Of a stretch of 64,000 nucleotides of DNA, positions 57,922-64,000 are shown piece by piece; the first letter of the stretch is position 1; every line of letters starts with the position of its first letter. Both the position numbers and the translations under genes were made by a program. This DNA is from Verrucomicrobiota bacterium (lineage in GTDB: Bacteria > Verrucomicrobiota > Verrucomicrobiia > Opitutales > Cerasicoccaceae), in NCBI GenBank assembly GCA_039818205.1, contig JBCBUK010000018.1, positions 13,267 through 77,266 on the forward strand, in the 5' to 3' direction. The notes under the pieces were generated by a model. The model was not told where the DNA came from. It saw only the letters and a program-made list of their open reading frames with translations, and ran no database searches.

Positions 57922-59574
57922 CTAACGATCGTTGGGTGTTCGAACAACCCGCGCAAACTCCACGCCATCGCGTTCGATCACGCCTACTGTTTCTCCGGAG
58001 AGCATCTCATTAAAACCGAATCGGTGTATCCCAATACGGTAGTCGGGATTATCGTCCGGTCCGACCAATGTGAATGGTTCCGGCAAGAAAAACGCGACCA
58101 TGGCAATAGGCGGCTGTGGCAAGACATCATGCTGCGCAAAAATCGCCTTTGACGACGGCAGAATCGCTACCTTAACCGGGCCCCTCGGTTGAGGCACATC
58201 AGCCAAAATGATATCAACTGCTTCACGATAAGCCGTCCCCCAGTATTCGACATCATGGACATTGTCAGCTGCCGGAAGTCCGCCCGATAATCGGTTAAAA
58301 TAGGTGTACTGGTAAGGATGAAGCCGAACCATATCGAAAACCGTAACCCCCACTGCAATGCTTAGTATCGAAAGCCAAGCGATCCCAATCCGGGGATTGA
58401 TTTCCTGGAAACATCGATACGCAGCTAGCGCGACATAGGAAGACATGATAGCCACGAGCGGGACAACAAATAGGACATGACGAATACCGTCATAAACGGT
58501 TGAGCCCCTCACAATAATGTAGGCAATTGGAAACAGGGCGGAAAAGGCAAGCGCAGCCAGCAACCCAGCGTGACGGCTAGCAATAAAACCGGCCAAGCGT
58601 TCTCGCCAACAGATGGCCACGGCGATTCCTGATAGCAGCAAAATATAAAAATAGTCGGGCAAGGTCACCAAGAGCATCTGGGGAAGATAATGCGCAGGAA
58701 TATCTCCGGGTTCAAAGTAGCTACCGTTAAAGAACAGTTTTCCCCGCCATCCGAAGCTCGAGACCTTTGCCAACGAACCCGCCGTGGCCTCAAACGGATT
58801 GCGATGCGCATTGGGCCAAAAGGCCAGAAGGATCAACAACGCGGGAACCGCTGCGACGACCAGCCAACGCGTTAGCTTCAACGTCTCCCGAATGAGCACA
58901 CCCTTCTGCCAATTTTCGTTGCGCCATGACCAAAGCACTTGCAGCCCCAAAAAAAGCCCGGCGTAGCAAAACAATAACCAACCGCCAATCCGAACGGCCA
59001 TACAACAACCAGCCAATCCACCAAAGAGCAACGCGCTTGCCCAAGAGATTCTCTCTGGCCTCCCAAGGACTCGCAGCAATGCCCAGATCGCAAGGATGAA
59101 GGTGGCTGCGAAAGGCATGTCCTTGGGGTTGATAAATAAGTGCCCCCAAAAACGAGGGGTGCAAACCAGAAAGAATGCCGCCAATAGCCCAAGCCAACGA
59201 CCGCCAATTTCTTTGCCAGCTAAGTAAGTTCCCACCACGCCAACAAGGCCAAAAAGTGCCACCCAAAGGTGCCCGGAATCAGGCACGGACAGCGGAACGG
59301 CACGTCGAAAAACCGCTAACGACAAATCAAACAATCCAGGATAGTGGTCGGACTGGTTCCGGATCTCTCGAACAGTTTCCCAATCGCCATCAAGAATCGA
59401 CTGATAATAGAGCAACTTGTGCTCGCCACCCTGCCACCGGAAGTATTCATCCCAGCTCACGCCATAATCACCAAAGGTGCGCAAGACCACGAACGCTAAA
59501 AGCAAAAACCCAAGCAACGGAAGTCGACGAATGAGCGCTTCTTTTCGTTGAGCTGTTTCAGATGAAGTCGCCAT
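57922..59574 (-). CDS. GT-C (ArnT/PMT-like) membrane glycosyltransferase
   Basis: DYGVSWDE after TM1, NPKDMPFA, YDGIRH, HPYQY..N, EYWG; multi-TM. Confidence 0.82.
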   Translation of the reverse strand: MATSSETAQRKEALIRRLPLLGFLLLAFVVLRTFGDYGVSWDEYFRWQGGEHKLLYYQSILDGDWETVREIRNQSDHYPGLFDLSLAVFRRAVPLSVPDSGHLWVALFGLVGVVGTYLAGKEIGGRWLGLLAAFFLVCTPRFWGHLFINPKDMPFAATFILAIWALLRVLGRPERISWASALLFGGLAGCCMAVRIGGWLLFCYAGLFLGLQVLWSWRNENWQKGVLIRETLKLTRWLVVAAVPALLILLAFWPNAHRNPFEATAGSLAKVSSFGWRGKLFFNGSYFEPGDIPAHYLPQMLLVTLPDYFYILLLSGIAVAICWRERLAGFIASRHAGLLAALAFSALFPIAYIIVRGSTVYDGIRHVLFVVPLVAIMSSYVALAAYRCFQEINPRIGIAWLSILSIAVGVTVFDMVRLHPYQYTYFNRLSGGLPAADNVHDVEYWGTAYREAVDIILADVPQPRGPVKVAILPSSKAIFAQHDVLPQPPIAMVAFFLPEPFTLVGPDDNPDYRIGIHRFGFNEMLSGETVGVIERDGVEFARVVRTPNDR

Positions 59575-59582
59575 AGAGTCCA

Positions 59583-61265
59583 CTATTGATTTTTAATGGG
59601 CTTGATCTGCAATAGGACAACACCATCCCGGGTTACCTCGGCAACGGCTGCCTCAGGACGCATCTCATGGTAGGCGTTGCGGGTCGTAGCGATATAAAAC
59701 TCGGGACGTTGATTCCCCCTAACCAACACCACGTGATCCTCCAAGAAAGGAGCCACTAAGGTTGGGGGCGGAACAACAAGCTGCCCGATGCGCTCCTGAA
59801 GAACATCCAACGGAGGCTCCATCGTAATTCGCCAAGGTCCGCCTTCCCGCGGCGGAAGACCCGCGGATATCAGTTCGGCGCCCTCACGATATGCGGTGCC
59901 CCAGTAGTCATTCTCAAACCTGCCATCAGCTGCAGAAACACCACCCGTTAGACGGTTGTAGTACGTGTATTGATAAGGGTGCAGCTGAACCGAATCCCAA
60001 AGTGCGAAGAAAGAGAGCAAACCGACCAAGCCGCTAACGATCCACTTACCGATTTTTCCGAACTGACGATCAGCCCGTCGGACAAACGACACCAACGCCA
60101 ATCCAAGCAGAACCGAGGCTAGCGGAATGATAAACAACACATGGCGCATACCGTCATAGACCACCGCCCCCTTGACCATGATAAAGGCAATTGGAAACGC
60201 GGCAGCGAAGAGCACTAAAATAGTCGTCCGATACTTACTCCAAAAAACAGTATAGTTCGTGAGCCATCGACGGTCCCAAATCAAGATAGCGACAGTCATC
60301 AATGCTAGAACGAGCCACAGGTCCGGACTTGAACGGAAAATCATATCAGGCAGATAAGTGCGCGGAAGGTCGGCCGCAAGGATACGCTCTCCGTGGAAAA
60401 GAACCTGACCTTCCCAGCCGAAGTCCGATACATCAGCAATGGTACTCTCCGTCTGACTAAACGGATTCCGATGCGCCGCCGGCCAAAAGACTAGCAAGAT
60501 CAAGAAGGCAGGAACACCCGCGACAAAAAACCAAACTACGATCTCTTTCAGTCGGGTCATCCCATTGAACGAACCAGAAGCCGTGCGCCACTCTACTGCA
60601 ACCTGCAAAACGGCAAACAATCCCGCGTAGCAAAAGAGCAACAATCCTCCAATACGCGATGCCATGCATGCACCTGCCAACAGGCCGAAAACTAAGGCCG
60701 GCCAGCGCTCCCGAAACGCCCCGACCTGCATTGAGCGCACCAATGCCCAAAGACCCCAAATATAGGTTGCCGCAAAAGGAATGTCCTTCGGGTTGATAAA
60801 CTGATGCCCCCAATATCTCGGGAACAAGACGAGGAGAAACCCGGCAGCTAGCCCGACCCAGGCGCCACCAAGTCGATATCCCAGAGCCATCGCACCAGCA
60901 ATTCCGAGCCACCCGAAGAAGGCCTGCCAAAGATGACTCGCAAGAATTGAATGCTCGGCAAATACGCTCCGTATAAAAGCTGCTGGCAGATCAAAGAATC
61001 CCGGGTAGCTATCACCCTCAGCACGAATCTCGGCACTTCGTTCCGAGTTTCCGGAAATCAATGCCTGGTAATATTCCAATTTTCGATCTCCGCCGGCCCA
61101 GCGAAAAAACTCATCCCAGCTCACCCCATAGTCGCTAACGGTCAACAAGATCAAAACGCCGCACACAGCAAGGAATCCACCATAGAGGGCGCAGATCTGC
61201 CCCTTCGGCAATTCGGAACCGATTGGCGACGATTCCACCACTTGTTTGCCTTCAAGGTTTGTCAT
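59583..61265 (-). CDS. GT-C (ArnT/PMT-like) membrane glycosyltransferase, tandem paralog
   Basis: DYGVSWDE, NPKDIPFA, YDGMRH, HPYQY..N, DYWG. Confidence 0.82.
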   Translation of the reverse strand: MTNLEGKQVVESSPIGSELPKGQICALYGGFLAVCGVLILLTVSDYGVSWDEFFRWAGGDRKLEYYQALISGNSERSAEIRAEGDSYPGFFDLPAAFIRSVFAEHSILASHLWQAFFGWLGIAGAMALGYRLGGAWVGLAAGFLLVLFPRYWGHQFINPKDIPFAATYIWGLWALVRSMQVGAFRERWPALVFGLLAGACMASRIGGLLLFCYAGLFAVLQVAVEWRTASGSFNGMTRLKEIVVWFFVAGVPAFLILLVFWPAAHRNPFSQTESTIADVSDFGWEGQVLFHGERILAADLPRTYLPDMIFRSSPDLWLVLALMTVAILIWDRRWLTNYTVFWSKYRTTILVLFAAAFPIAFIMVKGAVVYDGMRHVLFIIPLASVLLGLALVSFVRRADRQFGKIGKWIVSGLVGLLSFFALWDSVQLHPYQYTYYNRLTGGVSAADGRFENDYWGTAYREGAELISAGLPPREGGPWRITMEPPLDVLQERIGQLVVPPPTLVAPFLEDHVVLVRGNQRPEFYIATTRNAYHEMRPEAAVAEVTRDGVVLLQIKPIKNQ

Positions 61266-61407
61266 ACAAACGCGGGTATTGAGTAGAGAGAGAAACAAAC
61301 CACGGGACGAAAACTAGTGCCATAAATGAGTTTGTAAATCGCGATATTTTTCCAGGCGCTCAACGAAAAATGGGTCGAGTATCCTCCCACCAAACTATCG
61401 GGGACTA

Positions 61408-63309
61408 CTAGGGCAGCAGCCAGGCTAGTCGCCGCTGCTGCTCCTTCGCTTCCGAAAGTTTGTCGTCGATGGAATTCTGCTCAATCTCGACCGGTCCCAA
61501 TTGCCGCTCAATCCAACTCGGCACCTCTCGATCAATATCAACCACTCTTGAAATCCGCAGCAAAAGGTATCCGTTCACAGTCGTTTCGGCAACGGTCTCA
61601 AGAATGAAATCCTCATCCAACAAAGAGTTTTTCCGGGGTTTTATCTGCCGGGTCCCGATATCCTTCGTAAACTTTTGAACCACGTAGATGTTATCGAAGG
61701 TTTTATTCTCGAGATGATATTTCAAAATGCCCTTCTTCTCTTGGGCTTTCTGAGTTGTTATCGCCGGCCAGTGGTGAGTTATCCAAAGACCCGGTATGTC
61801 GATCATCAGATTGTATTCATTGGGATTGTCTTTAATGAACTGACGCTGCCATTTCGTCATTTCGCCAGGATCATAGTCCAAGGTGAAGAGTTCCTTCGAA
61901 TTTCGGGGCGTCGTATCGAGGACCATCGCAATCAGAGCCAATCCAATCGCCGCGGCAAATACTCGGTCGGAATATTTCACATGAGCGATCGCGTAAATGG
62001 GAGGAAACATCATCAATATCACCATCGGTAAGGCCAGCCTCCGCGTCATGATCGAGTTAAAATCCCAGAAGTACAAGAGAAGCAAGGCCAGCAATATTCC
62101 GATACCAACCAGGACAAATATCAATGAAAGTACGGCGGGCTCCAAAGCGCGCTTCTTACGTAACTGGCTAAACAACGTTGCAACAAAGAAGGCAAAGCCA
62201 AGAAATCCGAACCACGACAAGAACAACGAGACGGGCAACTCCTGGGTCCGATCAAAAAACATCGCGTAAGCCTGCCCCAAATTTCGGGCGAAGTATTCGA
62301 AACCAAACGGAGATTCCGCGCCTTTGGAAGACAACTGCCAGTTCATATCCGGAGCGACCTCGAACACGCGGAATAGCAGCGGGATCGGCAAGAGAAGCAG
62401 CGGCGTAAGAATCAACCCATAAGAAATCACCATCTCTTTCTTTCGAAGCCAACCAGCAATAATCAACAAACCCGTCGGTATGATAAACAGGGCCGACTCG
62501 TAACGAACATTGGCCAAAAACACCGAGGTCAGGCACAATAGGCTCAGGAATTCGGCCCTCGGGTTCTGTAGATAGAAGTAACCGGTCAAGAACACCCCAA
62601 AAATCATGACCAGATTGAGCGCCTCAAAACCACCGCCATGACAGCATTGATTGTAGAGCGGGAACAGGGCCAAGAAAATCATCGCCAAATACCCTCCGGC
62701 TCGTTTGCCCGAAAGAATCACCCCAAGAACAAAACTCAAAAACAATCCCACTGGTAAGCAGGCCATATTGATCACAAAGGGGTTTTCCGGACGGTACCCA
62801 GTGAAGTCGTGCAGCATCGTAACCAGAAACGGATACATCAGCGGGCGTTTATCAACAAACCCCTCAATTGGCACAAACGCTCCACTCAACTCATAGGCCC
62901 GCAAAACTGCAACGGCTTGCCGGTCAATGTGCATGGACATTGATGTCGACAAGAGGATGATTTCATCCATCAGGACTTTGAAGCCAACCTCCTGAGTGAA
63001 CCAAAGCGTCAAGGTGAGCGCCGCAAAGGTAACATAGAACTTCCAATCAAGGAACTCTTTACACCAATTCAGACAATCACCCCAATAAGCGCTTAGAACA
63101 CGATAGGCCTGAAACGCCCACAACAAAAAGACCACGAGCATTGCGAAATACCCATAATCCCTAACAACGACTACCGAGTTTGGAGCGCTAAAATGAAAAA
63201 ATCCGAGGTAAATGGATAGCGCCCCGGAAAACAACAATCCCCAAAACTGAAGACGCTTTTGGGGACTACTATTTTGGTCGCGCAACAAAGAAACAAGCAA
63301 CGAGATCAT
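61408..63309 (-). CDS. GT-C-like membrane glycosyltransferase immediately downstream of the pilin
   Basis: Many TM helices, KVLMDE acidic dyad, KRPLMYP, NVRYE; C-terminal soluble domain. Confidence 0.65.
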   Translation of the reverse strand: MISLLVSLLRDQNSSPQKRLQFWGLLFSGALSIYLGFFHFSAPNSVVVVRDYGYFAMLVVFLLWAFQAYRVLSAYWGDCLNWCKEFLDWKFYVTFAALTLTLWFTQEVGFKVLMDEIILLSTSMSMHIDRQAVAVLRAYELSGAFVPIEGFVDKRPLMYPFLVTMLHDFTGYRPENPFVINMACLPVGLFLSFVLGVILSGKRAGGYLAMIFLALFPLYNQCCHGGGFEALNLVMIFGVFLTGYFYLQNPRAEFLSLLCLTSVFLANVRYESALFIIPTGLLIIAGWLRKKEMVISYGLILTPLLLLPIPLLFRVFEVAPDMNWQLSSKGAESPFGFEYFARNLGQAYAMFFDRTQELPVSLFLSWFGFLGFAFFVATLFSQLRKKRALEPAVLSLIFVLVGIGILLALLLLYFWDFNSIMTRRLALPMVILMMFPPIYAIAHVKYSDRVFAAAIGLALIAMVLDTTPRNSKELFTLDYDPGEMTKWQRQFIKDNPNEYNLMIDIPGLWITHHWPAITTQKAQEKKGILKYHLENKTFDNIYVVQKFTKDIGTRQIKPRKNSLLDEDFILETVAETTVNGYLLLRISRVVDIDREVPSWIERQLGPVEIEQNSIDDKLSEAKEQQRRLAWLLP

Positions 63310-63360
63310 AAGTGCGAATTTATTACCAGAAAACGTTTATCTCACGATCACTATTCTATA

Positions 63361-63395
63361 AACAAAACGAGCCGTCCATTTCAATGGACGACTCG
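63361..63395 (-). terminator. Rho-independent terminator after the pilin gene
   Basis: Minus strand CGAGTCGTCCATT-GA-AATGGACGGCTCG-TTTTGTT. Confidence 0.8.
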
Positions 63396-63418
63396 CAGAA
63401 AATTCTAACTTCGAAGAA

Positions 63419-63766
63419 TTAGTATGTGAAAGCAACTTCTTGGTTACCAGAAGTGGTAACTTCCAAAGTGCCACCGTCTTCGTCAACTACGAGAGTGGTG
63501 TAAACTTCACCTGCAACAACTTGGATGTCGTTGAAGTAGTTGCCAGCGAGCAAGCGAGCATAAGTTGCGTCTTCACTACCTTCTTCAAGGATGTACTGCT
63601 GACCAGCGGAAGCGATTTGGCGAAGGTTGTTGGTAATTGCCTTTTCGCGGGATTGTTCACGAACCTTTTGGAACGCAGGAATAGCCATCGCAGCCAAGAG
63701 ACCGATGATGACAACAACAATCATAATTTCGACGAGGGTGAAACCCTTTTTGGACTTGGTATTCAT
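63419..63766 (-). CDS. Type IV pilin (likely major pilin)
   Basis: KKG|FTLVEIMIVVVIIGLLAAMAIP; 107-aa mature protein with no Cys; has its own terminator. Confidence 0.92.
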   Translation of the reverse strand: MNTKSKKGFTLVEIMIVVVIIGLLAAMAIPAFQKVREQSREKAITNNLRQIASAGQQYILEEGSEDATYARLLAGNYFNDIQVVAGEVYTTLVVDEDGGTLEVTTSGNQEVAFTY

Positions 63767-64000
63767 GATATACGGATTTTGTAGGTTTTATATTATAATG
63801 ATTGCCGTCTGACACGACCGGCAACTCTCCCAATACAACTAAATTTTTCCCCCTATTTCAAGCCCTAAAACGAAAACTATTTCAATTGGCCCAAAATTTC
63901 GCATTTTAGCACCCCAACCGATCAAGCCGGCGAAGCTCCTCTTACAGGCTAGTGCAGCCCTGACTTGAAATGGGCAAGCTTTTGGCTTTGATCTCTCTAT

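Noticed and set aside
63419..63766. Electrically conductive (e-pilin) candidate
   Set aside because: Only 9 aromatic residues in the 107-aa mature pilin, with a 25-residue aromatic-free gap between F24 and Y50

Overview
Bacterial chromosomal window, most likely Verrucomicrobiota (Opitutales-like). This is inferred from the pilin styles, an SHD1-domain peptidase, a large TPR-ExbB module and PVC-type hypothetical proteins, not from a marker gene. Housekeeping genes include ftsY, surE, a phosphoglucomutase-family gene, pdhC, a CCA-adding enzyme, cysH, mgtE, sufS/sufU, sodA, oligopeptide ABC ATPases, tsaE and tRNA-Leu(GAG). A probable 6S RNA lies at 54683-54864. Accessory content: (i) a type IV pilin followed by three GT-C membrane glycosyltransferases that converge on a polyprenyl-phosphate GT2 and a DegT aminotransferase, with a GtrA flippase, a fourth GT-C and a methyltransferase next to tRNA-Leu, together a candidate lipid-linked amino-sugar pilin/surface glycosylation system; (ii) a minor-pilin (PilV/W/X-like) cluster; (iii) a circularly permuted ATP-grasp/alpha-E fusion with two transglutaminases; (iv) a SufU lacking two of its three canonical cysteines, co-oriented with TPR and ExbB genes; (v) a histone H1-like Lys/Ala protein with a CBM20-like domain, a stand-alone MshEN-like protein, and an orphan structured RNA candidate upstream of an APC permease. 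No integrase, transposase, reverse transcriptase or CRISPR array was seen. All calls come from reading motifs by eye; no database searches were run.
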